Of a stretch of DNA of 59,846 nucleotides, positions 26,985-36,564 are shown piece by piece. The translations under genes and the position numbers were made by a program. Numbering within the stretch: position 1 is the first letter of the stretch; the number at the start of each line of letters is the position of its first letter. Source of the DNA: a phage. The stretch lies in assembly GCA_011982905.1 (NCBI GenBank), contig GCA_011982905.1_4767.1; one strand, 5' to 3'. The notes under the pieces are model-generated. The model did no database searches. It was not told where the DNA came from and was given only the letters and a program-made list of their open reading frames with translations.

Positions 26985-27692
26985 TCAAGCTTTGCTAATA
27001 AATTCGCTGTACCCTTTAGCACGAAGTTTACACGCTGGACATTCCCCGCAACCGTATCCCCAGTCATGCAGAGTACGACGGACGCCATTATAGCACGTAT
27101 GGGACTGCTCAATTACTGTGGTTAAGAAACCAACCTTATCCGCCAGCTCAAACGTTTCCGCTTTGTTTAAACGCATAAGCGGAGTAACAAAATGGATATC
27201 TGTTTCATATCCAACGTTTAACGTAGCTTCAAGCAAATCTACAAACTGCTGGCGGCAATCCGGATAACCGCTATAGTCCGTTTCACAGACGCCCGTAACC
27301 ACATATCGCGCGCCAACCTTCTGCGCGTAGGCGTGCGCGGTAGTCAGGAAAAGAGCATTACGGTTGGGCACAAAGCTTGCCGGAAGGTTGTTGTGCTGTT
27401 CGTGATGTTCGTTAACATCACCTTCGTTCCCGATTAAAGCGCTATTGCCAATTTGTTTCAAAGCAGGTAATTCAAAGACAACAAACGGGACATCGTGCTC
27501 TTTACAAATTTGATTAGCACAAGCCAGCTCAATGTTATGACGTTGACCGTATGCAAAACCAATAGCGTAGACCTTATCATAGTTATTAAGTGCAAGACCT
27601 AGGCATGTTACGCTGTCCTGGCCGCCAGACAGGACCACAACGGCGGAGTTGTGATTTTTTACAGGGAATACCAGTTTATCTAGTTTGTTCAT
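26985..27692 (-). CDS. queC: 7-cyano-7-deazaguanine synthase
   Basis: 235 aa; PP-loop VVLSGGQDS; C-terminal Cys cluster CYNG...CGECPAC. Confidence 0.85.
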   Translation of the reverse strand: MNKLDKLVFPVKNHNSAVVVLSGGQDSVTCLGLALNNYDKVYAIGFAYGQRHNIELACANQICKEHDVPFVVFELPALKQIGNSALIGNEGDVNEHHEQHNNLPASFVPNRNALFLTTAHAYAQKVGARYVVTGVCETDYSGYPDCRQQFVDLLEATLNVGYETDIHFVTPLMRLNKAETFELADKVGFLTTVIEQSHTCYNGVRRTLHDWGYGCGECPACKLRAKGYSEFISKA

Positions 27693-27693
27693 T

Positions 27694-27882
27694 TTAGAAA
27701 CCTTTAAGACTAATATTGAGGTTAATGACTACTTGTTCAACTACATCTTCAGAGGTCATCTGACGCTTATGAATTTCAAGCTCCGAGTGTATTTTCTTAG
27801 ATGCAGCACGGCAAATAGCGTCATTCAACTCGTCCTGTAAACGTTGAATCTTCTGCATAAGGATTACAGTCTCTTCATTCAT
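27694..27882 (-). CDS. hypothetical small protein
   Basis: 62 aa between queC and queE; helical charged composition. Confidence 0.4.
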   Translation of the reverse strand: MNEETVILMQKIQRLQDELNDAICRAASKKIHSELEIHKRQMTSEDVVEQVVINLNISLKGF

Positions 27883-28087
27883 CTTCTACACCTTTAATAT
27901 AGCAAGGGTTGATTGTTACGTTTGACATCACAATTGGATGATTGCGCGCCCCGATTGTACTAACATGATTAATATCTAATTCAACATGCACGCCCTGCAT
28001 AGTAGCGTGAGCAATTGCAGAATTAAGTTTTTCTACCAGCTCAGTGATCATTTCCTGATGCTGTTTCGCTTCTTCCAAAGTGATCAT
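27875..28087 (-). CDS. hypothetical small protein
   Basis: 70 aa between queC and queE. Confidence 0.4.
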   Translation of the reverse strand: MITLEEAKQHQEMITELVEKLNSAIAHATMQGVHVELDINHVSTIGARNHPIVMSNVTINPCYIKGVEDE

Positions 28088-28794
28088 TATTCCACCCCAA
28101 TATATTTGTGAACCTGAAGCTGTAACGTGTACCCATGTTTCATACAGCTTTGGACAACTGCTTGGATGTTACTGTGGTTAAGGTCTTTATCCTGCTCGTC
28201 CATTGGCTGTAAATATATCTTACCCTTGAACCCCTTCGGAGGTCTAGCAATAAATGGGGTAGCCTGATGATCTAATGCCTGAAGCGGTAAACCGTCTTCC
28301 ACGTTTACACAGCACGCTTTAAGCACATATTTAAATGCGTTTGCGCGGTACAGCACAGTAGGATGAATTTTTGTAGTCTTAGGACTGCATACAATGACAG
28401 GTAGCTGGGAAAAGTTTTTAGGTAAAGGCATAGACCCATTCGTTTCAATTTGTACAACATACCCGCGCGATAACAGTTGTTCGACAAATGGGTTAATTTG
28501 CTGGCGGAATGGTTCACCCCCAGTAATAACCACAAGTGAGGTGCTATTGCCAGACTCTAGTTTACGGCTTTCAATCAAGCGCATGATATCAACAATGTGA
28601 TAAAGAGAACGACCAACAGTATAATCCGTATCACATCCTGGGCATTGCAGGTTACACCCAGCAAGACGCACAAATACAGCAGGCTGGCCGCAGAATGGAC
28701 CTTCACCCTGAATGGTAGAGAATACCGAATGCACGTCTAAATACATATCATTTTCTTTAGAACGAGACTCGGGAGCTTGTTGATTAATATTCAT
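28087..28794 (-). CDS. queE: 7-carboxy-7-deazaguanine synthase (radical SAM)
   Basis: 235 aa; QGEGPFCGQPAVFVRLAGCNLQCPGCDT contains the CxxxCxxC radical-SAM motif; AGAGGA RBS. Confidence 0.85.
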   Translation of the reverse strand: MNINQQAPESRSKENDMYLDVHSVFSTIQGEGPFCGQPAVFVRLAGCNLQCPGCDTDYTVGRSLYHIVDIMRLIESRKLESGNSTSLVVITGGEPFRQQINPFVEQLLSRGYVVQIETNGSMPLPKNFSQLPVIVCSPKTTKIHPTVLYRANAFKYVLKACCVNVEDGLPLQALDHQATPFIARPPKGFKGKIYLQPMDEQDKDLNHSNIQAVVQSCMKHGYTLQLQVHKYIGVE

Positions 28795-28816
28795 CTTAAA
28801 TCCTCTAGTGAAAAAG

Positions 28817-28838
28817 AAAGCGCCTCATTGGGCGCTTT
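28817..28838 (-). terminator. intrinsic terminator (minus strand)
   Basis: Stem AAAGCGCC / GGCGCTTT with 6-nt loop, followed on the minus strand by CTTTTT; located just upstream of the queE RBS. Confidence 0.55.
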
Positions 28839-28863
28839 CATTATAACGTGGTATGTTTTGATA

Positions 28864-29664
28864 TTACAAGCCGTTCAGGGCTTCCGGTACTGGTACAGGT
28901 ACGCGACCAGTCACACCATTAAATTTCTTCCAGCGTGCATACTGGGTTTTAACGGTATCTTCGTTCAGCTCGTGACGAGCAGCGAGGTTCAGAACATAAG
29001 AGATCGGAGCAGGCTGACCCAGCGTAGCACTAATCTGATCCATCAGAGCCCATGCGTGACCGCAGGAAGTTTCCGGCTGAGGACGACGAACACCATTCTG
29101 TTCCGGCATACGGTTAGCTTCTTTTTCCTTCTCGCGAAGCTCTTTAGCGCGGGCTTTTTCTGCTTCTTTTTCTGCCTGTTTTGCAGCGCGGATCTTATCT
29201 TTGAAGCCTTTAATAGTAGCTTCCAGACCATCGATCAGGGCTTGAGCAGAAGTTACAGCACCGGACAGGTCTTCACCTTTAGACTTCTTAACGACAGCTT
29301 TCAGCTCTTTTAGAGCTTCTTTAATGGTCTTCAGGTTTGCAGATCCCTGAGTTTCCGCTGCGGTAAGCTGTTCAACAGTGCTTTCGTCGGTAATGGTAGC
29401 CAAAGCGTTTTTCAGACCTTCAGCAGCATTAGCAATCGCATTAAATTTGTTTTCCGCTTCTGTGCGAATCTCAGCTTGTTTCTTTTCAGCGGCAGCTTTT
29501 TTCTCTGCTTCTTTTTTCTCTTTTGCTACGCGTGCAGCTTCAGCAGCAGCGGCTTTCTTAGCTTCTGCATCATTCACAGTAGCTTCTTTCTTTGCAGGTT
29601 TAGCGGATTTTGCAGCGGCAGCGGCGGCTGCGGCAGCGGCTTTTTTATCTTCAATGTTGCTCAT
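28864..29664 (-). CDS. Lys/Ala-rich low-complexity protein (histone H1-like N-terminus)
   Basis: ATG at 29664 with GGAG RBS (the tracked start at 29673 is GTG); N-terminal KAAAAAAAAAAKSAKPAKKE repeats; globular C-terminal ~80 aa. Confidence 0.5.
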   Translation of the reverse strand: MSNIEDKKAAAAAAAAAAKSAKPAKKEATVNDAEAKKAAAAEAARVAKEKKEAEKKAAAEKKQAEIRTEAENKFNAIANAAEGLKNALATITDESTVEQLTAAETQGSANLKTIKEALKELKAVVKKSKGEDLSGAVTSAQALIDGLEATIKGFKDKIRAAKQAEKEAEKARAKELREKEKEANRMPEQNGVRRPQPETSCGHAWALMDQISATLGQPAPISYVLNLAARHELNEDTVKTQYARWKKFNGVTGRVPVPVPEALNGL

Positions 29665-29792
29665 TCTCTTCACTCCGAATTGTTATGGGGTTCGTTTGTT
29701 ACCAACGGGGTTAAATGTACCAAAGGATTTTGTGACACGCAACCCCTTATCTGAATATTTTTAAAAATATTTTTGATCAAGCTTAGAACTTA

Positions 29793-30287
29793 CTAGCTCT
29801 TTGCCCCTCTGCCCGGCGCCCATGCGGCTTGCAATGCGGGTTGCTCACAAACGACCCTGGCACCGGAAATAATACCACCCTCCCGTTCAGCATCGTATTT
29901 AACACGGGCAGGTTTCCAAAGTCCTTCATCCATTGACGGAACGTATTGCCCAAGTTGAGGTGAGCAATAGCCTTGGATATCGTATTCCACACAGAATTCG
30001 GCTTGTGCGCTGATTTGGGCGTGATCCAGGATTGTTTCTGGAAGTTGCGTAAAGTAATCAAACAAAATGCGCTCAACGATTTCCCGTTCATAAGGTGCAG
30101 CTCCTAAATTTTCTGTCAAGTTAATATAAAGCATTTGAAGATCAACATCTTCAAGATCGTGTAAATCGTCTACTGGTGTTACCAGTGTTGACTCAGGGCA
30201 ACAAATAATTCCAAGTTGGTGTAGTGTCAGCCAATTGGGATGCTTTGCCAAGAGTTCAAATTTATCTGTATCAATTAGGACGTACAT
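29793..30287 (-). CDS. hypothetical protein
   Basis: 164-aa acidic ORF. Confidence 0.45.
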   Translation of the reverse strand: MYVLIDTDKFELLAKHPNWLTLHQLGIICCPESTLVTPVDDLHDLEDVDLQMLYINLTENLGAAPYEREIVERILFDYFTQLPETILDHAQISAQAEFCVEYDIQGYCSPQLGQYVPSMDEGLWKPARVKYDAEREGGIISGARVVCEQPALQAAWAPGRGAKS

Positions 30288-30346
30288 TGCAATCCCCTAT
30301 AAATAAGTAATGCCCCAATAGTAGGGGCATTAGATGTTGAAGTCAA

Positions 30347-32329
30347 TTAGAACGGAACGTAATCCGGATCATCTACTTGCACAGGATTAACCACATTGTT
30401 CACCGTTATACCTTGCGTATTCTGCGAAACAATATCGTCCCAGCTCACATCATCGTTATAGCTCGGACCTTCGGTTGTTCCATCCTGCCCGTATACTTTA
30501 ACCTGAACAGCTTCATCCTCCTGTGGTGCTTCAAACTTACCGAAACACGTACCATCATAATCATAGTTCAATATCTCAGGCCATTTCTTATTGGTATGAA
30601 CTTTGATGTACTTTGGTGTTTTGAGCATTGAAGCAACTTCAAGAGCTTCTTCAATAGTTTGTGGTAAAGGAAGATGCGTCCTTTTCTTCCACCATGCAAC
30701 CGCTTTACGACCTGCCCAGTCGCCATGAAGCAGAGCTACCCATTCGCTGAATATTTTACTACCGCAATAATAAGTCACCTTCATTGTTGGAGGTTTGGAG
30801 CTGTCATTGCGTTTAGTGTGCTTCGCATAAGTAACATGCGTAACTTTAAAGTCTTCAACTACCGGAATGTCCTGCTTGATCAATGCTTCGGTACTTGCTG
30901 CCTTTTTAAGTTTGGTCTGGAACTTAAACTCATGACCGCAAAATCCTTCTTTAACATAATCCCTTCCACGTAGTCTGAAGCCCTTCAAATATAATTGTTG
31001 AACTTGTTCCTGTGTAACGCTGTCCATTGGGATTGGTGCAAAGCCGCCGCAATAGCGAGCAGATGCATGATTATACGACCCGCACACATCGCATTCTTTA
31101 ACCGGAGCAGTGCCAGCACCTTTTTCACCCGGGCGCTTGGGTTTAACAGGGTCGTTAATAGGGCCCAAACGGCGCGTATTACCGCTGAAATCCAGTACAA
31201 GGCAGTTTTGCTTGGGGCTTGCTGCAATAGCTTGCAAACGGCCTTCCTGCGTAGAAAGATCAAAGCCCTCCGCGTACACCGGACGCGTACCGCGACCCAG
31301 CATCTGAACCCATAGCATCGCCGACGCAGTGGGGCGAAGCATAATAATCAGATCGAGCATTGGATGGTCGAAACCTGTGGTTAAGACGTTGTTGTTCGTC
31401 AGCGCTCGAAACTCTCCACGCTTGAACTTTTCAATAATTTCATCACGCTCTTTTGCATCGAGCTTTGAGTGAATACATCCACAACTAATACCCATATCGT
31501 TCAGCATATCACACGCATCTTTAGCGTGTTCAATACCAGAACAAAATATAAGCCAGCTTTGACGGTCTTCACCACATTCAATGGCTTCCTCAAGTGCGCG
31601 GAGTGTTGCGTCGTCGCGGTTCACCGCACTTTGCAGCTCGCTCTGGATAAACTCACCGCCACGTTTTCCTACCCCATTGAGGTCCAGTTCCATCTTTGTA
31701 CGTTTTGGCACAACCGGAAGCAGATACCCTTGCTCCAGGAACCAGTTAAAAGCTTCAGGAGTGGTTGCATCAAACGTTACTTTATCAAATAAAGCGTCAT
31801 CGTCTTCGTTTTCCTTGACAATTGAACCATAGCCCAGTCGATAAGGTGTAGCGGTAAGACCGATGATTTTTAAATACGGGTTAACTTCACGCAATGCTGC
31901 AAAGAACTTCTTATACATTGTTGCATCACGTGGACTAATAAGGTGCGCTTCATCCACAAAGATTAGATCAACCTTACCGAACTTTTTGGGATGTTTGGCA
32001 ACGGAAGCAATCCCTGCGAAGGTGATAAGATTGTAAACTTCTTTACGCTTCAAACCTGCGCTGTAAATACCCGCTGGCGCTTCAGGCCAGACTTTCATTA
32101 ATTTATCATAGTTTTGCGCGATCAACTCTTTGACGTGAGTTAACATCATTACGCGCTGGTTTGGATACCATTTATAGAGCAGATCGAGGAACCCCGCGAT
32201 AACGAGCGATTTTCCTGTCCCTGTTGGTAACAGGATCAAAGGGTTCCCCGCGTTACCCTTTTCAGCATCAAAATAGCGAAATACGCTATAAACTGCTTCC
32301 TGTTGATAATCGCGGAGATGCATAATCAA
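30347..32329 (-). CDS. superfamily-2 DNA helicase (DEAH-type)
   Basis: 660 aa; Walker A LPTGTGKS; DEAH box FVDEAH; motif III TATP; C-terminal Cys pair CDVCG. Confidence 0.75.
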   Translation of the reverse strand: MIMHLRDYQQEAVYSVFRYFDAEKGNAGNPLILLPTGTGKSLVIAGFLDLLYKWYPNQRVMMLTHVKELIAQNYDKLMKVWPEAPAGIYSAGLKRKEVYNLITFAGIASVAKHPKKFGKVDLIFVDEAHLISPRDATMYKKFFAALREVNPYLKIIGLTATPYRLGYGSIVKENEDDDALFDKVTFDATTPEAFNWFLEQGYLLPVVPKRTKMELDLNGVGKRGGEFIQSELQSAVNRDDATLRALEEAIECGEDRQSWLIFCSGIEHAKDACDMLNDMGISCGCIHSKLDAKERDEIIEKFKRGEFRALTNNNVLTTGFDHPMLDLIIMLRPTASAMLWVQMLGRGTRPVYAEGFDLSTQEGRLQAIAASPKQNCLVLDFSGNTRRLGPINDPVKPKRPGEKGAGTAPVKECDVCGSYNHASARYCGGFAPIPMDSVTQEQVQQLYLKGFRLRGRDYVKEGFCGHEFKFQTKLKKAASTEALIKQDIPVVEDFKVTHVTYAKHTKRNDSSKPPTMKVTYYCGSKIFSEWVALLHGDWAGRKAVAWWKKRTHLPLPQTIEEALEVASMLKTPKYIKVHTNKKWPEILNYDYDGTCFGKFEAPQEDEAVQVKVYGQDGTTEGPSYNDDVSWDDIVSQNTQGITVNNVVNPVQVDDPDYVPF

Positions 32330-33234
32330 TCTTTCCCGTAATAGTTAGCTACTTGATAGTTTTGACAACCAACTTTTTGACCCTGCGTATCTACTGCAAC
32401 GGAATGAAAATTGCAATACCATGTTCCATCATCTTTTGGCTCAAGAAATTGACATGTGCGACAGTTTACTTCCGGCATAGTTTTACGCCAGCACAATGAG
32501 GAGTGATCGCACCATTTGCATTCGAAGAATGTAGAGTCTTTAAAAGCACGGTCAGGAATATCCGTAGCAATAGCAATCTGCACACCACGATCAATATACA
32601 TGTCCGCAGTGACAGGATCAAATGGAATAATTTCTGCGTAAACTTCATCATCGTTCTTGTTTACAGCAAGATATAACGCTGCACCAAGTCCAAGCTTTCG
32701 CATGTACACGTTCATCTGCACATAGTGCTCAGGTTTAGCTTCTTTGACACCTTTAGCTTTCAGCTTCTTGAAAGACTTATCGTTGTGTGTCTTCATTTCA
32801 GTAAGCACAGGCATTCCAGGCTGAACGTCCGGACAACCTATAACCACACCATCGCAGGAACCGCCAAAGTGTCCGCCAGCTTCGCTGATACGGAACTGGT
32901 GTCCGTTTTCATCCTGCTGGTAGACCTGCATACCTGCCGCAAGAAGCATAGCAATGAAACGCGCTTCTTCCAGATGTCCGCGATTAAATAAGCGGAGCTG
33001 GCGTCCATCGAACTCTTTGTGCGTAGCCCAGCGATACCCGTAGAACAGCTTGCGAGCACATTGCTGTCCAATAAGGGAAGCGCCTAAGTGACTGCGGTTT
33101 CCGCTTTCAGGGCGGTACGCGTCTTCAATTGTGGGAATAACTACGCCAAGATATTTACGGTAAGTCCCACCCTGATCTTTTTGCACACCGTCATTGATCG
33201 CTTGAAGTGTTTTTTCTGCAATATAAATAGCCAT
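32326..33234 (-). CDS. PD-(D/E)xK nuclease (Cas4/RecB-like exonuclease with C-terminal Cys cluster)
   Basis: 302 aa; CDGVV...LTEMKTH fits the D...E.K core; C-terminal CKWC..C...C..C. Confidence 0.55.
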   Translation of the reverse strand: MAIYIAEKTLQAINDGVQKDQGGTYRKYLGVVIPTIEDAYRPESGNRSHLGASLIGQQCARKLFYGYRWATHKEFDGRQLRLFNRGHLEEARFIAMLLAAGMQVYQQDENGHQFRISEAGGHFGGSCDGVVIGCPDVQPGMPVLTEMKTHNDKSFKKLKAKGVKEAKPEHYVQMNVYMRKLGLGAALYLAVNKNDDEVYAEIIPFDPVTADMYIDRGVQIAIATDIPDRAFKDSTFFECKWCDHSSLCWRKTMPEVNCRTCQFLEPKDDGTWYCNFHSVAVDTQGQKVGCQNYQVANYYGKD

Positions 33235-33299
33235 TGGAATACCTTAGAAAAATAAGCCGTCTTTCGACGGCTTAGGGACACTACGGAGGGATGGTTAAC

Positions 33300-34181
33300 T
33301 TACTGCTGCCACGGCGGGACTGCTGCTTGTGCCGGATGCGGTTCAGCTTGCTGCTGTGGCTGCGCTTGCTGCTGCGGTGCTGCTGCCTGGCCCGGCTGTG
33401 CTACCTGCTGCGCCCACGGCTGCTGAGCTGCTTCCTGTGCTACTGGCTGTTGTACCGGAGCTTGCTGAACTGGCTGCTGCGGCGCTGCGTTTTGAGCAGG
33501 ATTATCCCACGGCTGCGGTGCGGCGTTCTGCCACGGTTGAGCTGCTGCGCCCTGCTGTGGTGCTGGTTGCTGTACAGGCTGCTGAACTGGCTGCTGTTGC
33601 TGTACCGGAGCTTGCTGCTGTACAGGTGCTTGCTGTTGCTGAGCAAACGGGTTAGCTGCTGGTTGCTGTGGTGCTGCACCCGGGAAAGTCGGCTGCTGTG
33701 CTGGAGCACCTGCACCGAACGGGTTAGCTACTGCTGGAGCACCCATTGATGGAGCCTCTGCTGCTTTTTCTGCATACTTAACCGGATCGTTGATGTTAGC
33801 GTAACCGTTAGGCTCGTTGCTGTCTTCATAACCTTCCTGAGAACGAACTTTCAGACGCAGGTTTAGCGGAATGTTATGCAGTTGAGCAGGAGTATCCCAG
33901 CGAATTACCCCTACTGCGTGGGAAAGCGCGCCCAGTTGCTCGTAAGCGATACGCACAGTATCTTCATTGTCGTTGATGACATTGTAACGAGCAAAGATTT
34001 TGCGACCTTTAGCAAAACCGTCAATAATGCTAAACGTTACCTGGATCGCCATACCGCCATTTTTGGTCGGTTTAAATTCAGATACTTCAATTACCGCTTT
34101 ATACCAACCTTTCGGCAATGCGCCGTAAGAAGGTGCTTGATAGCTGCTCGCGTCAAAGTGGAAATTAGTTGGCATAGTCAT
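33300..34181 (-). CDS. SSB-like protein (DUF669-type N-terminal domain) with Gln/Pro/Ala-rich C-terminal tail
   Basis: 293 aa; N-terminal ~130 aa globular; C-terminal ~150 aa low complexity (QQPVQQQAPVQQ...); adjacent to Sak4-like ATPase. Confidence 0.5.
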   Translation of the reverse strand: MTMPTNFHFDASSYQAPSYGALPKGWYKAVIEVSEFKPTKNGGMAIQVTFSIIDGFAKGRKIFARYNVINDNEDTVRIAYEQLGALSHAVGVIRWDTPAQLHNIPLNLRLKVRSQEGYEDSNEPNGYANINDPVKYAEKAAEAPSMGAPAVANPFGAGAPAQQPTFPGAAPQQPAANPFAQQQQAPVQQQAPVQQQQPVQQPVQQPAPQQGAAAQPWQNAAPQPWDNPAQNAAPQQPVQQAPVQQPVAQEAAQQPWAQQVAQPGQAAAPQQQAQPQQQAEPHPAQAAVPPWQQ

Positions 34182-34909
34182 TAGTTGATACCTTTCATTT
34201 TGTTGATAACAGAACCTAAGTGTGGGACTTCAACCGCATCTAAACGTCCCGAACGATCCTTAGCGATTGTATTAAAGTCCGGTTGAGTTTGCAAGTAACG
34301 ATATGAGTTACCTTGTTGATCCTTATTTACATTCAAACGAAATACTTCGTCGAAGAAATAGGGGAGCATTTGCCCCAATTTGGACCCAGGCATAGATGGA
34401 GCATACGCGGTAACACCGGAGACTTCATCTTTGTCTTTACCCATTTTAGCAGACATATAAACATGTTTGCCAGGAATATCGCGAAATTTACGGATCAGAT
34501 CTTGCATCTTTTCAAGCAAAGTACTATAAGCTTGACGAGGATCTTTCGTTCCCTTTTTCGCGTTGTTTAAACATTGTTCAGCAATTTCGCTCAAGCTGTC
34601 AAGCGCAATAGAATCGAAATACTGCTGGTTAGCTGGAGTTACGCACCACTGATAAGCCGCTTCAACGTCTTCCAGACATTTCACTTCAATTACCGGAATA
34701 TCGTAAACGATGGGCAAACCCATGTTACCATAAACACGGTTAAGGTTTTCCGCTGCAATAGACAACAGACCGGATTCTGCGCTGATTAAAATTGGTTTAG
34801 GTAGTGTGGCTACAAGGCTGGTTTTACCCATACCTGCTTCACCGTAAACCAGAATTTTAACACCTGTGTCCTGCACAACTTGTGAAGACATTTTAATTTC
34901 AATGGCCAT
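34181..34909 (-). CDS. RecA-like ATPase (Sak4/AAA_24-type recombination protein)
   Basis: 242 aa; Walker A GEAGMGKTS near the N-terminus; size and context typical of phage Sak4-like proteins. Confidence 0.65.
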   Translation of the reverse strand: MAIEIKMSSQVVQDTGVKILVYGEAGMGKTSLVATLPKPILISAESGLLSIAAENLNRVYGNMGLPIVYDIPVIEVKCLEDVEAAYQWCVTPANQQYFDSIALDSLSEIAEQCLNNAKKGTKDPRQAYSTLLEKMQDLIRKFRDIPGKHVYMSAKMGKDKDEVSGVTAYAPSMPGSKLGQMLPYFFDEVFRLNVNKDQQGNSYRYLQTQPDFNTIAKDRSGRLDAVEVPHLGSVINKMKGIN

Positions 34910-34974
34910 TTAACGCCTCTCTTTTAAGTTCGCGCTCATTGTAACGTAATATACTTTGAACCCTCAATTACTTT

Positions 34975-35889
34975 TTAATCTAAAGCCTGATCACTTTCAT
35001 CGCGGAAATGCATAAAGTTTGCAAAACGCGGTTTATCTTTCACGCCATGAGGGAAGTGTTTATATGAAATAGTCCGACCTTTAATTTTGTCAGGGTTATT
35101 CCAATAATAAATCTTATCCTCTTGCGTTAGTTTACCAGGACTAACGTTGATTGTATTGCCCGTCTTAACGTCTTTACAAACCAACGTCCCGATCATACCG
35201 TTAGGAACTTTATTTTCCTGATGCGAAGATCGTGTAGTCCTGCCCAGCTCGTTAACAGTAGCTTCATTAAGGTTAGTTTCGCCCTCAATAATATCAAGGA
35301 CAATAGCGTCTTCCTGAATAAAGCGTTTAATACGAAGATATCCACCTTCACGAACTGTGCCGCGCCCATGTTTATAAGGCTTGTCAGGATCACGGATAAT
35401 AATACCTTCATAACCCATATCAAGCCAGATATTTTCCCAGTAGAGCAGCTCTTGTAAAGACTTAACCACATACATTGGCACAACTTGCAGGTCGAGCAAT
35501 TCACCTTTCGCGTGCTGTGTGGTTATAAAATCTTTCATCATGTTGTAGCGGGCTTCATAGCCCAGCTCTGCAACACTCTCAGCGCACAGATCAAAGATGT
35601 GCCATTTCAGGAACGGTTCACCTTCAATTGTGTTTACCGCACTGGTTGTTTTACGACACAGGTCTGGATCTGTTTCCACCCCTGCCGCAAGCTCACCGTC
35701 ATAGCCCATGTATTGAGAACCGCTGAAAATTGCGCTGGTATGGCGGTTTTTAAACAGCTTTAAGCTTCGCCCTACTATCTGCCCGTCCGGATTTAAACCG
35801 CGTACACCGTCGATTTTAGGCAGTATACAGCACGGAAACTTAATCTTTTCTTCAACCGCGTCAGTCGCTAAATGTGGTTTAAATGCCAT
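34975..35889 (-). CDS. ATP-dependent DNA ligase
   Basis: ATG at 35889 with GAGG RBS; adenylation motif PKIDGVRG (KxDG). Confidence 0.7.
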   Translation of the reverse strand: MAFKPHLATDAVEEKIKFPCCILPKIDGVRGLNPDGQIVGRSLKLFKNRHTSAIFSGSQYMGYDGELAAGVETDPDLCRKTTSAVNTIEGEPFLKWHIFDLCAESVAELGYEARYNMMKDFITTQHAKGELLDLQVVPMYVVKSLQELLYWENIWLDMGYEGIIIRDPDKPYKHGRGTVREGGYLRIKRFIQEDAIVLDIIEGETNLNEATVNELGRTTRSSHQENKVPNGMIGTLVCKDVKTGNTINVSPGKLTQEDKIYYWNNPDKIKGRTISYKHFPHGVKDKPRFANFMHFRDESDQALD

Positions 35890-35897
35890 TGTTAACC

Positions 35898-36521
35898 TCA
35901 TTCATAATAATCATGTTGATGAGAACTGCCACGTATACCGCAACGTTCTAAAAGTATTGCAGCTTTTTGAGCTTTCTCTTTCATACGGGTATTACGGCGT
36001 AAATGTCCGCTACCCTTTTTAGGTCTATTTTCCTTTTTCTTTGCTTCGGAAATAAGCTCTTTGCATTCCTGCAAACGGATTTTGCTTCTTTCCAATCGCA
36101 TAGCAGAACGCGCACGTTCATCGCAAAATCTTTGTGCTTTACTACGCTTGTCTTGCGTACTTGTATGACCTTTAACGTGGCGGAACTCAATAGTTAGATT
36201 ATATTTACGCAATTGATCGTTCAACCATTTGAAAGCTACACCTTCCTGTTCGCTTTTCCAGCTTGCTTCTTTATACACTTTAATAGCAGTTGAACAATCT
36301 GTTTGCACAATTAAATGATCGCCTGGATGGATTAATTTAGCCTTCATTCCCTCCCAAATAACATTACAGATTGCCATTGTTTCAGCTGCATTATTATCAG
36401 GAGCTCCACGTAACGGTCCACCGTTAGCGTTATTTCCACGGTTACACACTACCCATCCACCGTATCCCGCGGCTTTTGTATTTGGACAAAAACTTGCATC
36501 GGATATAATTGTTACTCGCAT
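35898..36521 (-). CDS. ribonuclease H
   Basis: ATG at 36521 with AGGAG RBS (the tracked ORF extends upstream); motifs ISDASF, NNAAETMAI, VQTDCSTAI, HVKGHTS typical of RNase HI. Confidence 0.7.
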   Translation of the reverse strand: MRVTIISDASFCPNTKAAGYGGWVVCNRGNNANGGPLRGAPDNNAAETMAICNVIWEGMKAKLIHPGDHLIVQTDCSTAIKVYKEASWKSEQEGVAFKWLNDQLRKYNLTIEFRHVKGHTSTQDKRSKAQRFCDERARSAMRLERSKIRLQECKELISEAKKKENRPKKGSGHLRRNTRMKEKAQKAAILLERCGIRGSSHQHDYYE

Positions 36522-36535
36522 AATAACTCCTGTTA

Positions 36536-36559
36536 AAAAGGGGTCTACTAACCCCTTTA
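36536..36559 (-). terminator. intrinsic terminator-like hairpin (minus strand)
   Basis: Stem AAAGGGGT / ACCCCTTT with 6-nt loop, followed by T-run; between the 263-aa gene and the RNase H gene. Confidence 0.5.
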
Positions 36560-36564
36560 GTTTA

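Noticed and set aside
29378-29764. Plus-strand Ala/Phe-rich ORFs (also 29476..29754)
   Set aside because: Antisense shadow of the Lys/Ala-rich minus-strand gene.
33291-33749. Plus-strand Leu/Cys/Arg-rich ORFs (also 33329..33655)
   Set aside because: Antisense reading of the Gln/Pro-rich repeat in the SSB-like gene; the low-complexity composition is an artefact of the repeat.
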